Of a stretch of DNA of 64,000 nucleotides, positions 26,867-37,071 are shown piece after piece. This stretch comes from Actinomycetes bacterium (GTDB lineage Bacteria > Actinomycetota > Thermoleophilia > UBA2241), in assembly GCA_029547745.1 (NCBI GenBank), contig JAKPOQ010000033.1, positions 59,129 through 123,128 on the forward strand, written 5' to 3'. Each line of letters opens with the position of its first letter. The stretch's first letter is position 1. A program made the translations under genes and the position numbers. Under the pieces are notes generated by a model. The model was given only the letters and a program-made list of their open reading frames with translations, was not told the DNA's origin and made no database searches.

Positions 26867-27850
26867 CTACTCCCGCTTGGGTTCCCGCCCCATCAGGACG
26901 GCGACGCAGTCCGACGGCGTGCGTCGCCCCTCGAGCACCTCGTGCACGTTCTCGGTGACCGGCAGCTCGACCCCATAACGTGCGGCCAAATCGTGCAGAG
27001 CGTATGTAGTCGGGAACCCTTCGACCACCTGACCCACCAGCGCGGCTGCCTCGTCAGGGGTGGCGCCGCCGGCGAGGAGCTCGCCCGCGCGCCGGTTGCG
27101 GCTGTGCCGCGAGGTGCAGGTCGCGATCAGGTCGCCGATGCCGGCGAGCCCGCTGAAGGTCTCGAAGCGGGCCCCCTGCGCGAGGCCCAGGCGCGTGATC
27201 TCGGCAAGGCCCCGCGTCATGAGCGCGGCCCGCGAGTTATCGCCGAAGCCGAGGCCGTCGGACATGCCGACGGCGACGGCGATGGGGTTCTTCATGGCTC
27301 CACACGACTCGACGCCGAGGACGTCGTCGTTCGTGTAGACGCGCAGCGAATCGCCGGCGACCACCCGCTGGAGGCGTTCGGCGACCGTGATGTCGTAGCT
27401 TGCGATCACGGTCGCCGACGGCATGTCGCGGCCGATCTCCTCGGCGTGGTTCGGCCCCGAGAGCGCCGCCGCCGGCGCTCCGGTCACCTCGCGGATCACT
27501 TCGGTGGGACGCTCCAGGCTGCCGAGCTCGAACCCCTTCGCCAGCGACAACTGCAGGCTGTCGGCGGCGCGCCGAGGGGCCACCCAGGCGGCCACCTCGC
27601 GCACGGCCTGGGTCGGCACCGCGTACACGACCAGCTCGGCGGCGTCGATCTCCGCCTCGGCCATCGCCACGAAGGCGATGCCGTCCGGCAAGCGGATCCC
27701 CGGCAAGAAGGCGCGGTTCTCGCGCCTCTCGGCCAGCTCCGTCGCCTCCGCGACGGTCTGGGTCACCACGGTGACGCTGTGGTCGCGGCGCGAGAGGTGC
27801 CGGGCGAACGCGCTGCCCCAGCTGCCGGAGCCGATGACGACGACGTCCAC
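26867..27850 (-). CDS. gpsA: NAD(P)H-dependent glycerol-3-phosphate dehydrogenase
   Basis: VVIGSGSWGSAFA Rossmann motif and the GpsA core (KGFE, NPIAVAVG); GTG start at 27850 behind a GGGAAGGGAAGGGGGG Shine-Dalgarno. Confidence 0.9.
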   Translation of the reverse strand: MDVVVIGSGSWGSAFARHLSRRDHSVTVVTQTVAEATELAERRENRAFLPGIRLPDGIAFVAMAEAEIDAAELVVYAVPTQAVREVAAWVAPRRAADSLQLSLAKGFELGSLERPTEVIREVTGAPAAALSGPNHAEEIGRDMPSATVIASYDITVAERLQRVVAGDSLRVYTNDDVLGVESCGAMKNPIAVAVGMSDGLGFGDNSRAALMTRGLAEITRLGLAQGARFETFSGLAGIGDLIATCTSRHSRNRRAGELLAGGATPDEAAALVGQVVEGFPTTYALHDLAARYGVELPVTENVHEVLEGRRTPSDCVAVLMGREPKRE

Positions 27851-27851
27851 G

Positions 27852-28505
27852 CTACCCCCCTTCCCTTCCCTGGCCGTCGCCCGTGGCGCCGGACCGGCGC
27901 TCCCACGGCAGGGACACGCGCGGCTCACGATGGTGCAGCATGCGGTCGATGTTGGCGCGGTGGGCGTAGACGATGAGCACCAGGACGACGCCGGCTGCGA
28001 TGACGTACGGGACCGGCTGTCCCGTGAGGACCACGAGGACGACGAGCGTCGCGGTCGCGGTCAGCGACGCCAGGGAGACCATGCGGCTCACGAGCACCAT
28101 AGCGATCCACACCAACAGAATGGTGAAGTAGATCTTGGGAGCGAGGGCGAGGACGACGCCGCTGCCGGTGGCGACACCCTTGCCGCCCGACCCCCTGAGG
28201 AACACGGAGTACATGTGGCCGGCGACAGGAGCGGCAGCGATGAAGATCGCCGGCCAAGGCCCGAAGACGAGCGTGGCGAGCAGCGCCGGCACGTAGCCCT
28301 TCAGCATGTCGCAGGCGAGGACGGCGATCCCTGCCCTCGTGCCGAGCACCCGGAACGCGTTCGTCGTTCCCACGTTGCCAGATCCGTGGGCGCGGACGTC
28401 GACGCCGAAGAAGAGCTTGCCGATGACGAGCGCGAACGGGACGGCCCCAAGGAGGTAGGCGCCGACGAGCATGAGGACGAACAGGATGACGTCGAGCGTG
28501 CTCAC
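27852..28505 (-). CDS. plsY: Glycerol-3-phosphate acyltransferase PlsY
   Basis: 217 aa membrane protein with the GSGNVGTTNAFR and GGKGVAT motifs. Confidence 0.9.
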   Translation of the reverse strand: MSTLDVILFVLMLVGAYLLGAVPFALVIGKLFFGVDVRAHGSGNVGTTNAFRVLGTRAGIAVLACDMLKGYVPALLATLVFGPWPAIFIAAAPVAGHMYSVFLRGSGGKGVATGSGVVLALAPKIYFTILLVWIAMVLVSRMVSLASLTATATLVVLVVLTGQPVPYVIAAGVVLVLIVYAHRANIDRMLHHREPRVSLPWERRSGATGDGQGREGG

Positions 28506-29833
28506 TTGCCCTTGAACTCGATGACCAACGGGATCCCCTGCAACCCGAACCGCGCCCGCAGGCGGTTCTCGACGAAATACCCGAACTCACGCGTGACCAG
28601 CGTACGGTCGTTGACCTCGATCGCGATCCGCGGCGGGGCGGTGCCGAACTGTGACGCGTAGTACATCTTGAGGCGGCGGCCACGCTTGGCCGGCGCCGGC
28701 CGCTCCGCGCTGAGGGCGCCCAGCGCCCGGTTGAGCTCGGCCGTCGCGATGCGGGCAGTATAGCCGCCGCCCAGCGACGCGACCACCTCGAGCAGACCCT
28801 TCACCCCGGCATGGGTGCGCGCCGAGACGGCGAGCACCGGCGGCTTCTGCCGCAGCTTACGCCCGGCGACGCCGGAGTACTCCTCGAGGTCCACCGTCGC
28901 GATGTCGCACTTGTTGACCGCAAGGACGGTGGCGCAGCGATGGCGAGCGGACTCGGCGGCGATCTGCACGTCGAGCTCCCCCATGCCCACCGTGGCGTCG
29001 AGCACGACGACGGCGACGTGGGCCCGGTCGAGGCTCTGCAGGCTGCGCAGGTAGGCGTAGTACTCGACGCCGCTGACCTTGGCCGCTTTGCGCATCCCGG
29101 CCGTGTCGATGAAACGAAACCTGCCCTGGGGCGTCTCGACGACCGTGTCGATCGCGTCACGCGTCGTGCCGGGGACCTCGCTGACGATCATGCGCGGCTC
29201 GCCCACCACGGCGTTGAAGAGCGACGACTTGCCGGCGTTGGGGCGACCGACGAACACGACCGGCACGGGCGCCGACGGGCCGCCCTCTTCGTCCCCCGCG
29301 TGGTCGACGGCGGCGCCGACGCCCTCGCCGCGCTCTGCGAGCCGCTCCAGCAGCACGTCGAGCAGGTCGCCGATGCCGAGGCCGTGCAGAGCCGAGACCG
29401 CGAACGGCTCACCGAGGCCCAGTCCGTACAGGTCGGGAGCCGGCGCCGCCGCCGGGTCGTCGAGCTTGTTCGCCACGAGCAGGACGGGGACGCCCGCGCG
29501 ACGCAGCACGCGGGCGATCTCGTAGTCGTCGCCGAGCGCGCCGACCCTGCCGTCGACGACGAAGAGCACAAGGTCGGCGTCGCCGAGGGCGACCCCGATC
29601 TGGTCGCGGACGGCGGCCGCGAACGGCGAGTCCGGGCCCGTGTCGAACCCTCCCGTATCCACGAGCCGCAGACGCCGGCCGCGCCACTCGATCTCGACCT
29701 CCTTGCGGTCGCGCGTGACGCCGGGCGACTCGTCGACCACCGCGACGCGCGAGCCGCTCAGGCGGTTCACGAGAGTCGACTTGCCCGCGTTGGGCGAGCC
29801 GACGACGACGACGCTGGGCTGGTTCGCAGTCAT
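28502..29833 (-). CDS. der: Ribosome biogenesis GTPase Der (EngA)
   Basis: 443 aa with tandem G domains (GSPNAGKST, GRPNAGKSS) and a KH-like C-terminus; ATGA overlap with plsY. Confidence 0.93.
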   Translation of the reverse strand: MTANQPSVVVVGSPNAGKSTLVNRLSGSRVAVVDESPGVTRDRKEVEIEWRGRRLRLVDTGGFDTGPDSPFAAAVRDQIGVALGDADLVLFVVDGRVGALGDDYEIARVLRRAGVPVLLVANKLDDPAAAPAPDLYGLGLGEPFAVSALHGLGIGDLLDVLLERLAERGEGVGAAVDHAGDEEGGPSAPVPVVFVGRPNAGKSSLFNAVVGEPRMIVSEVPGTTRDAIDTVVETPQGRFRFIDTAGMRKAAKVSGVEYYAYLRSLQSLDRAHVAVVVLDATVGMGELDVQIAAESARHRCATVLAVNKCDIATVDLEEYSGVAGRKLRQKPPVLAVSARTHAGVKGLLEVVASLGGGYTARIATAELNRALGALSAERPAPAKRGRRLKMYYASQFGTAPPRIAIEVNDRTLVTREFGYFVENRLRARFGLQGIPLVIEFKGK

Positions 29834-31113
29834 CGTGCCAGCCCGGCGAACGCCTCGGCCAGCCCGTCGGCGAGGACGAGGCGGCCGGCGCAGACCGCCT
29901 CCAGCTCGCCGACGGGCACGTCGTCGAGAGTGCGCTCCAGGCCTGCCGGCGCGACGTCGCGCGCAACGACCAGCCACTCCCTCTCGTCCAGCGGGTCGGC
30001 CGCGAGCGCGGCGATGATCTCGCGCCCGCCGAGCAGGCCGGCCACCGTGACGTGTGGCCCGAACAGGCGGTTGGCGACGACGAAGGGGCGGCACGTCAGC
30101 CCGGCCCTGCCGAGCGTCGCGCACGCCGCTTCGAGGACGGGCCGGGCCAGCGTGCCGCCCAGCAGGCGCACGGGCGGCGGCCCGGGCCGCCGCGGCGGCA
30201 TGGCGGCGAGGGCCTCCGCCTCGCGGAGCAGGAGCGCCGACATGCCGATGCCGTTCTCGTACTGCAGGGGCGCGTCGCTCGCCGGCGGAAGCCTCCCGCA
30301 GAGCAGGTAGAACTCGTCCGACGCGTGCACGAAGCTGCGTCCGAGTGTCGCCGAGAACGCCCGTTGCCAGGCCTCGACAGCCTCCACGACGCCCGCTGCG
30401 TCGTTCGCACCGACGCGACGCAGCTCGCCCTCTTCCGCCAACGAGACCGGCACCAGGCCGACGTCCTCGACTCCTTCCAGGTCCGCGAGCCTCTCGACCG
30501 TCTCGTCGAGCACGGCGCCGTCGTTCCAACCCGGGCAGACCACGACCTGCACGTGCAGCTCGATACCGGCGGCGGCGAGACGCCGAAGGGCGCGTACCGA
30601 CGAGCGCGCCGCCGCCCCCATGAGCGCCACTCGCGCCGCCCCGTCCCAGGCGTGCAGGGACACGTACAGCGGCGACAGGCGCATCGCGATGATGCGGCCG
30701 ACGTCGGCGGGCGTCAGGTTCGTGAGCGTGATGAACGTCCCCTGGAGGAAGGAGAGACGATAGTCGTCGTCCTTGACGTACAGCGTCTCGCGTAGTCCAG
30801 GCGGAAGCTGGTCGACGAAGCAGAAGCGGCAAGCGTTGCGGCACGTCCGCGGGCGCACACCCAACGTGTGCGCCAGCGTGATGCCGTGCCACTCGGCATC
30901 GTCGCCCTCGACGGTGAGGTCGAGGAGGCGACCGCCGCGCAGGACGCGCAGCGAGAACCCGCCGGCGGCGGCGGCCGTCTCGACGTCGAGGACGTCGTGT
31001 GGCCGCCGCCCGTCCACGGCCACGATGCGGTCGCCGGGGCGCAGCCCTGCGCGCCGCGCGGGCCCCTCGGCATCGTCGACCGCGAGGCCGATGCCCTGCG
31101 CCTCAGCGGCCAT
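29830..31113 (-). CDS. DUF512 domain protein (PDZ plus radical-SAM-like CxxxCxxC domain)
   Basis: PDZ-like N-terminus (LRPGDRIVAVDG), CRNACRFC cysteine motif and the C-terminal DUF512 region; in the conserved position upstream of der. Confidence 0.7.
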   Translation of the reverse strand: MAAEAQGIGLAVDDAEGPARRAGLRPGDRIVAVDGRRPHDVLDVETAAAAGGFSLRVLRGGRLLDLTVEGDDAEWHGITLAHTLGVRPRTCRNACRFCFVDQLPPGLRETLYVKDDDYRLSFLQGTFITLTNLTPADVGRIIAMRLSPLYVSLHAWDGAARVALMGAAARSSVRALRRLAAAGIELHVQVVVCPGWNDGAVLDETVERLADLEGVEDVGLVPVSLAEEGELRRVGANDAAGVVEAVEAWQRAFSATLGRSFVHASDEFYLLCGRLPPASDAPLQYENGIGMSALLLREAEALAAMPPRRPGPPPVRLLGGTLARPVLEAACATLGRAGLTCRPFVVANRLFGPHVTVAGLLGGREIIAALAADPLDEREWLVVARDVAPAGLERTLDDVPVGELEAVCAGRLVLADGLAEAFAGLAR

Positions 31114-32017
31114 CGCTCGCCTCGCACGTGGTCCGCAGCCGGTCGACGGTCTCCTCGATCTCACTGTCGGGCGTCGAGGCCCCGGCGGTCACTCCCACGC
31201 GACGGGCCCCCGTGACCCACGCCTCACGGAGCTCCCCGGCGCTCTCGATGTGGTGCGTGCGCGGCTGGATGTCACGGCAGAGCTGGACGAGACGCATCGT
31301 GTTGGCGCTGTTCCGGCCGCCGACCACGATCACGACATCCACCTGGGCAGCCAGTTCACAAGCCGCGCTCTGGCGCTTCTCGGTGGCCTCGCAGACGGTG
31401 TTGAAGACGACCAGTTCACGGGCCAGGGGAGCGAGGGCGGCGGCGAGACGAGCGAGCGTCTCACGCGCCTGGGTCGTCTGCACCACGACGCCCACCCTGC
31501 GCCCCCGCAGTCGCTCGACGGGCACGTCCGCGGGTCCCGCGACGACGATCGCCTCGCCGCCGGCGAACCCCTGCAGGCCGGCGACCTCAGGATGGTCGTG
31601 CTCGCCGAGGATGACGACGGTGTATCCGCCCTCGTGCAGGTCGTGCGCCTTGCGCTGTGCCACGGCGACGAACGGGCAGGTTGCGTCGACGACCTCGAGG
31701 CCGCGCGCGTGGGCTGCCGCGACGACCTCCGGCGGGACCCCGTGGGTGCGGACCACCAGCGTCCCCTCGCTCATCTCGCCGACCTCGTCGACGACACCGA
31801 CGCCGCGCGCCGCCAGGCCCCGGACGACGCTCGGGTTGTGGATTATCGGCCCGAGCGTGGCGACGGGTCCCGGGACCCGCGCCAGCGCCTCCTCGGTCAG
31901 GCGCAGGGCGCGCTCCACGCCGTAGCAGTAGCCCGCGTAGCGCGCGACGACGATCTCGCAGCCTTCGGCCGCCGGCGATCGTGGCGTCGCGCGCTCGTCG
32001 TCAGAGGAGGCATTCAT
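31103..32017 (-). CDS. ispH: 4-hydroxy-3-methylbut-2-enyl diphosphate reductase
   Basis: 304 aa LytB fold with three conserved Cys (YCYGVERA, ATCPFV, NTVCEAT) and the VVGGRNSANT motif. Confidence 0.92.
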   Translation of the reverse strand: MNASSDDERATPRSPAAEGCEIVVARYAGYCYGVERALRLTEEALARVPGPVATLGPIIHNPSVVRGLAARGVGVVDEVGEMSEGTLVVRTHGVPPEVVAAAHARGLEVVDATCPFVAVAQRKAHDLHEGGYTVVILGEHDHPEVAGLQGFAGGEAIVVAGPADVPVERLRGRRVGVVVQTTQARETLARLAAALAPLARELVVFNTVCEATEKRQSAACELAAQVDVVIVVGGRNSANTMRLVQLCRDIQPRTHHIESAGELREAWVTGARRVGVTAGASTPDSEIEETVDRLRTTCEASDGR

Positions 32018-32645
32018 AAAGGTCCGCGACCGCGGCGCGCATCCGGCGCGCGGCCTCCGCGTAGACCTTGCTCCCGCGCCCGTTCAGGTCCGAGAGATCG
32101 ACCGGCGGCCCGACGAGGAGATGTAGCTTCGACAGCCGCGGACGTCCGTCGCGCCACATGCCCGCAGTCCCCTTCGACGCCACCGGGATCACCGGCGCGC
32201 CGCTGCGTAGAGCGAGCATGCCCACACCGGGCAGGAAGTCGTGCACCTCGTCGTCCGGGTAGCGATGACCTTCGGGGAACATGAGCAGCACATCCCCCTC
32301 GGCGAGCGCCGCGAGGGACGTCTCGAGCGCCGCACGATCGCCGGCGCCACGCATGATCGGGAACGCGCCCAGGGTGGAGACCAGCTTCGCCAGGAGCCTG
32401 AAGCGGAAGAGCTCCTCCTTGGCCATGAAGCGCAGCGGACGGTCGAACACCATGGCGACGATGACCGGGTCGATGTTCGCCTCATGGTTGACGACGATGA
32501 TGGCGGGGCCCTCGCCGGGCAGGTTCTCCGTCCCGCGCGCGCGACAGCGGTAGATGCCGCCGAACAGCGGTACCGCGAGCCAACGCGCGAAGGTGTAAAG
32601 CGGCGTGTCGCCGCGTCCCTGCAGCGGCAGGCCCCAGAGTCTCAC
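32001..32645 (-). CDS. plsC: 1-acyl-sn-glycerol-3-phosphate acyltransferase family protein
   Basis: NHEANIDP (HX4D) and FPEG acyltransferase motifs; GTG start at 32645 forms a GTGA overlap with the cmk stop. Confidence 0.8.
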   Translation of the reverse strand: MRLWGLPLQGRGDTPLYTFARWLAVPLFGGIYRCRARGTENLPGEGPAIIVVNHEANIDPVIVAMVFDRPLRFMAKEELFRFRLLAKLVSTLGAFPIMRGAGDRAALETSLAALAEGDVLLMFPEGHRYPDDEVHDFLPGVGMLALRSGAPVIPVASKGTAGMWRDGRPRLSKLHLLVGPPVDLSDLNGRGSKVYAEAARRMRAAVADLYECLL

Positions 32646-33352
32646 GACACCCCCTCCGGCGTCCGCAGTCTGCGACGCACGACGTCCTCGACCATCGCCA
32701 CCACCTCGTCCAGCGTCAGCGCCGTGCTGTCGATGACGACGGCGTCGTCGGCGCAGCGCAAGGGCGCGACCGCCCGCCCGGAGTCGCGGCGGTCGCGCGC
32801 GCACACATCGGCGAGGACGTCGCTGAACGTGGCCTCGTGCCCGGCCGCCAGCAGTTGCCGCAGGCGCCGTTCGGCACGCACGTCGGGGCTCGCTGTAAGG
32901 TAGATCTTGACGGCAGCATCGGGGAACACGTGCGTGCCGATGTCGCGCCCCTCCACGACGAGCCCGCGCTCTCCGGCAAGAGCGCGCTGACGCTCGGCAA
33001 GCAGCCGGCGTACGCCGGGCAGCGCGGACACGCGCGAGGCCAGCTCCCCGGCGGCGAGCGTGCGGATCGCGGCGCTCAGGTCGCGCGCGCCGGCGTACAC
33101 GCGCCCATCCCCGGTGACACGCAGGTCGGCAGCAGCCGCCACCTCCGTGACCGCCTCGTCGTCGTCGGGCGAGACCCCCGCCTCGCGAGCCAGGAGGCCG
33201 ACGGCCCGGTACATCGCCCCCGTGTCCAGGTAGACGAAGCCGAGGCGGGCGGCGACGGCGCGCGCCACGCTGCTCTTGCCGGAGCCGCTCGGTCCGTCGA
33301 TCGCGACGACGGCGGCGCGCCGCCCGCCGTCCGCCTGCCCGAGCTCGTTCAC
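32642..33352 (-). CDS. cmk: Cytidylate kinase
   Basis: AIDGPSGSGKSSVA P-loop and a Cmk-type NMP kinase fold. Confidence 0.92.
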   Translation of the reverse strand: MNELGQADGGRRAAVVAIDGPSGSGKSSVARAVAARLGFVYLDTGAMYRAVGLLAREAGVSPDDDEAVTEVAAAADLRVTGDGRVYAGARDLSAAIRTLAAGELASRVSALPGVRRLLAERQRALAGERGLVVEGRDIGTHVFPDAAVKIYLTASPDVRAERRLRQLLAAGHEATFSDVLADVCARDRRDSGRAVAPLRCADDAVVIDSTALTLDEVVAMVEDVVRRRLRTPEGVS

Positions 33353-34464
33353 TCGACCGCCGGCCCGGTCATCGTCTCGTAGCCGAGACCGGCCAGGAGG
33401 TGGCCGGCGCGACGGCAGGCCTCCTCACCAAGGACGTACACCGTCAACGTACCGCCGAGCTCGGCGCTCATGTGGTGGAACGCGATGTCCTCGATGTTGA
33501 TGTTGGCGTCGCCGAGGGCGACCATGATCTCCTTGAGCGCGCCAGGCCGGTCGGAGATGGTCACGACCACCCGGTACAACTCGGCAGGCGGAAGGCTCTC
33601 CTCGGCCAGCATGCGCTCGCGGTGGGCGGCGGCGGCGGCGATGGTCTCGCCGAGCTGCTCGGCGTCGCCGGCGGCGAGCGCCTCCACAACCTTCTGCAGC
33701 CCCTCCTGGAACGTCGCCAGCTCGGCGAGAAGCGCCGCCCGGTTGTCGAGGAAGATGTCGGTCCAGACGCGCCGGTTGCTCCCGGCGATGCGCGTGACGT
33801 CGCGAAAGCTCGGCCCGGCGGAGAGCAGCGCGTCACGTGTCCCGGCATGCCGTCCGGCCTGGGTCATGAGGATGTTGGCGAGCACGTGCGGGAGATGGCT
33901 GACGACAGCCATGAGGCGGTCGTGCTCCTCGGGGTCGATGGCCACGGGACGCGCGCCGAGCTCGGTCACGAAGGCCGACAGACGCCGGTAGGCGTCGGCG
34001 TCGACGTGCGCTCCCGGGGTCAGGAAGTAGATCGCCCCCTCATAGAGGGAGTGACGGGCGTTGGCGACGCCGGCCGCCTCCGACCCGCAGAGGGGGTGCC
34101 CACCGATACAGCGCGCCTGCTCCTTCGGCGTCAGGGCGCGCATCAGCGGGCCCTTCGTGCTTCCCACGTCAGTGACGATCGTCTCGGGGCCGGAAGCGCG
34201 GAGCGCCGCCTTGACGTCGTCGACCACGCGCTGCACGGGCGTGGCCACGACGACCAGGTCGGCGGCGGCGGCGGCGTCTGTCACGCTTTCACAGGCCGCC
34301 GTGATCGCGCCGCGCGCGAGCGCGAGGTCGAGCGTCTCGCGGCTGCGGCTCACGCCGAGCACCTCGGCCACGCCGGCGCCACGCGCGGCCAGCCCCAGCG
34401 ACCCGCCCATGAGGCCGACGCCGACGACGGCCAGCGTCCCGCCCTTGAGGCTCTCGCCGGCCAT
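33349..34464 (-). CDS. tyrA: Prephenate dehydrogenase with C-terminal ACT domain
   Basis: LAVVGVGLMGGSLGLAA Rossmann motif, the TyrA catalytic core (HPLCGSE) and a C-terminal ACT domain (VVVTISDRPGALKEI); ATGA overlap with cmk. Confidence 0.88.
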   Translation of the reverse strand: MAGESLKGGTLAVVGVGLMGGSLGLAARGAGVAEVLGVSRSRETLDLALARGAITAACESVTDAAAAADLVVVATPVQRVVDDVKAALRASGPETIVTDVGSTKGPLMRALTPKEQARCIGGHPLCGSEAAGVANARHSLYEGAIYFLTPGAHVDADAYRRLSAFVTELGARPVAIDPEEHDRLMAVVSHLPHVLANILMTQAGRHAGTRDALLSAGPSFRDVTRIAGSNRRVWTDIFLDNRAALLAELATFQEGLQKVVEALAAGDAEQLGETIAAAAAHRERMLAEESLPPAELYRVVVTISDRPGALKEIMVALGDANINIEDIAFHHMSAELGGTLTVYVLGEEACRRAGHLLAGLGYETMTGPAVE

Positions 34465-34469
34465 GGCGT

Positions 34470-35486
34470 CTAGGCCACGCTCCGGCCGGCCCAACGCGCA
34501 AGCTCGAGCACGCGGGCCGCGTACTCGCCGAACGCGGCCGTCGGGATCGACTGCGGGCCGTCGCTCAGGGCGTGCGCAGGGTTGGGGTGGGTCTCGACGA
34601 TCAGGCCATCGGCGCCCGCCGCGACGGCCGCCAGCGACAACGGGAGGACGAGGTCGCGACGCCCCGTCGCGTGGCTGGGGTCGACGACCACGGGCAGATG
34701 GCTGGCGAGCTTCGCCGCCGCTACGGCGCTGAGGTCGAGCGTGTTGCGGGTCGCCGTCTCGAAGGTGCGGATGCCACGCTCGCAGAGGATCACCTGTTCG
34801 TTGCCGCCCTTCACGACGTACTCGGCCGCCATCAGCCACTCCTCGATCGTCGCCGAGAGGCCGCGTTTGAGCAGCACCGGCTTGTCGAGTCGGCCGACCT
34901 CGGCGAGCAGCAGGAAGTTCTGCATGTTCCGGGCCCCGATCTGGAGGACGTCGGTGTAGCGGCAGACCACGTCCAGGTCGCGCGGGTCCATGATCTCGGT
35001 GACGATCGGCAGTCCCGTCTCGTCGCGCGCGGCGGCGAGCATCTTGAGGCCCTCCTCGCCGAGACCCTGGAAGGCGTACGGCGAGGTGCGGGGCTTGAAG
35101 GCGCCGCCGCGCAGCATGTGCCCGCCGGCCGCCTTGACGGCGCGCGCCGATTCCATGACCTGCTCCTCGGTCTCGACCGAGCAGGGTCCGGCGATCAGCG
35201 CGAACCGCCCGCCGCCGATCATCTTCCCGCGCACGTCGATCACCGTGTCCGCCGGGTGGAACTCGCGGCTGACGAGCTTGTACGGCTTGAGGACGGCGAC
35301 CACCCGTTCCACCCCGGGCATCGCCTCGAGCGGCAGCGCGGTGAGGTCCTCACGGTCGCCGATGACGCCGATCACCGTCACGCGCTCGCCGGACGAGACA
35401 TGCGCCGAGGCGCCTGCCTCTTCGACGCGCGCGACGACCTGGGCGACCTGCTCGGCGGTCGCCCCCTCCTGCATGATGACCACCAT
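34470..35486 (-). CDS. aroF: 3-deoxy-7-phosphoheptulonate (DAHP) synthase, class I-beta with N-terminal ferredoxin-like regulatory domain
   Basis: N-terminal regulatory domain ([23 protein letters not shown]) plus the KDSA/DAHPS TIM barrel (GPCSVE, KPRTSPY, GARN); AGGGAGGAG Shine-Dalgarno. Confidence 0.9.
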   Translation of the reverse strand: MVVIMQEGATAEQVAQVVARVEEAGASAHVSSGERVTVIGVIGDREDLTALPLEAMPGVERVVAVLKPYKLVSREFHPADTVIDVRGKMIGGGRFALIAGPCSVETEEQVMESARAVKAAGGHMLRGGAFKPRTSPYAFQGLGEEGLKMLAAARDETGLPIVTEIMDPRDLDVVCRYTDVLQIGARNMQNFLLLAEVGRLDKPVLLKRGLSATIEEWLMAAEYVVKGGNEQVILCERGIRTFETATRNTLDLSAVAAAKLASHLPVVVDPSHATGRRDLVLPLSLAAVAAGADGLIVETHPNPAHALSDGPQSIPTAAFGEYAARVLELARWAGRSVA

Positions 35487-35488
35487 GC

Positions 35489-36613
35489 TCAGCTTCTCCT
35501 CCCTTCGCTCAAAGGTCCTGCGCCGGGCTCCAGCTCGGCCAACTTCGCGAGGAAGAAGTCCGTCTCGGCTCGCGTGCCGACGCTCACCCGCGCCCATCCC
35601 GGACAGCCGAGCGCATGCCCGTCGCGGACGATCACGCCCTTCGCGAGGAGGGCCTCGAACACCTGCTCCGGCGGCACACTCAGTCCACGCACGTCGACGA
35701 GCATGAAGTTGGCCTCGCTGGGCACGGTCGCCCGGCCCCGGGCGGCAAGGCGCGCCGCCATGTAGGCGCGCACCTCGGCGTTCGCCGCGGCGCGCGCCCG
35801 GACCTTGTCCTGGTGCTTAAGGGCTTCGATCGCCGCGACCTGCGCCAACCGGTTCACGTTGAAGGGTTGACGGAGCTTGTCCAGGGCCTCCTTGAGCGCC
35901 GGCGCACCCAGGCCGTATCCCACGCGGAGGCCGCAGAGACCGTAGATCTTCGAGAACGTCCGCAACACGACCACGTTCTCGTGGGTCGTCTGCAATTCGA
36001 GGCTGTCTTGCGCGTCGGGCGCAGAGACGAACTCGTTGTACGCCTCGTCGATGATAACGAGGACGTCGTCCGGCACACGGTCGACGAGCTCCTGAACGTC
36101 TGCCACGGGGACGTACGTCCCGGTCGGATTGTTCGGGTTGCACACGATGAGCAACTTCGTGCGCGCCGTCACAGCGTCGGCCATCGCGTCGAGATCGTGG
36201 ACGAAGTCGACCGTCGGGACCCTGACCGCAGCGGCGCCGTGGCGGCGGCTGATGTCTTCGTACACCGTGAACGACGGGGCGGCGAAGACGAGCTCATCGC
36301 CGCGCTCGAGCACGGCGTCGCCGATGAGCATGAGGAGTTCGCAGGAGCCGTTGCCGATGACGACCTCCTCCCCGTCACGCCCATAGTGGGCCGCGATGGC
36401 GGCACGCAGGTCGGTGCAGTGTCCGTCCGGGTACCGGTTCAGGCCGTCGATCGCGGCGATGATGGCCTCTTGCACCTCGGGGAACGGCGGGACGGGGAGC
36501 TCGTTCGAGGCCAGCTTGACGACCTCGCTGAGGCCGAACCGGCGCATGACGAGCTCGAGCGGCTGGCCCGGCTCGTAGGCGATCATCTGGTCGAGCTCGC
36601 GGATGAACCTCAT
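35489..36613 (-). CDS. hisC: Histidinol-phosphate / aromatic aminotransferase
   Basis: Class II aminotransferase with LASNELP, NPNNPTG and [14 protein letters not shown] (PLP lysine) motifs. Confidence 0.88.
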   Translation of the reverse strand: MRFIRELDQMIAYEPGQPLELVMRRFGLSEVVKLASNELPVPPFPEVQEAIIAAIDGLNRYPDGHCTDLRAAIAAHYGRDGEEVVIGNGSCELLMLIGDAVLERGDELVFAAPSFTVYEDISRRHGAAAVRVPTVDFVHDLDAMADAVTARTKLLIVCNPNNPTGTYVPVADVQELVDRVPDDVLVIIDEAYNEFVSAPDAQDSLELQTTHENVVVLRTFSKIYGLCGLRVGYGLGAPALKEALDKLRQPFNVNRLAQVAAIEALKHQDKVRARAAANAEVRAYMAARLAARGRATVPSEANFMLVDVRGLSVPPEQVFEALLAKGVIVRDGHALGCPGWARVSVGTRAETDFFLAKLAELEPGAGPLSEGRRS

Positions 36614-36617
36614 CGGC

Positions 36618-37001
36618 TCATTCCGGGAGGTCGAGGCGGAGCCGGCGCGCACCGTGGAGGTACACGTGATGCGGGGTGCGAGCCTCACCCAGGTAGCAGT
36701 GCATGAGGACGCGTACACAACGCTCGACCGCTCCCGCGACGGCGATCTCCTGGCAGCACAGGAGCGGCGTGGACGAGAGGCCGACGCTCCGTGCGGCGAC
36801 GGCCGGGAAGTCGGCCGTGAGATCCGGCGTCGCCGAGAACAGGACGCTCACGACGTCGTCCACCGGCAGCTCGTTGCGCTCGAGCAGGCGTCGGACGAGC
36901 TCGGCCGTCCGCTCGAGGATAGCCTCGCTGGTATCGGTCTCGACCGTGGTGGCCCCGCGCAGGGCGCGCAGGCGCGGAGGCGTGTCATGCGGCATCGTCA
37001 T
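36618..37001 (-). CDS. aroH: Chorismate mutase, AroH class
   Basis: LRALRGATTVETDTSEAILERT...DDVVSVLFSATPDLTADFPA...PLLCCQEIAV are monofunctional AroH motifs; the extended upstream ORF (to 37244) is not used. Confidence 0.85.
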   Translation of the reverse strand: MTMPHDTPPRLRALRGATTVETDTSEAILERTAELVRRLLERNELPVDDVVSVLFSATPDLTADFPAVAARSVGLSSTPLLCCQEIAVAGAVERCVRVLMHCYLGEARTPHHVYLHGARRLRLDLPE

Positions 37002-37071
37002 CGCTTCGTCGTGGGAGGAGAGAGTATACACCGGGACCCGGCGGGGCCCGGCCGGCGCCCGCGGTCTGGGC

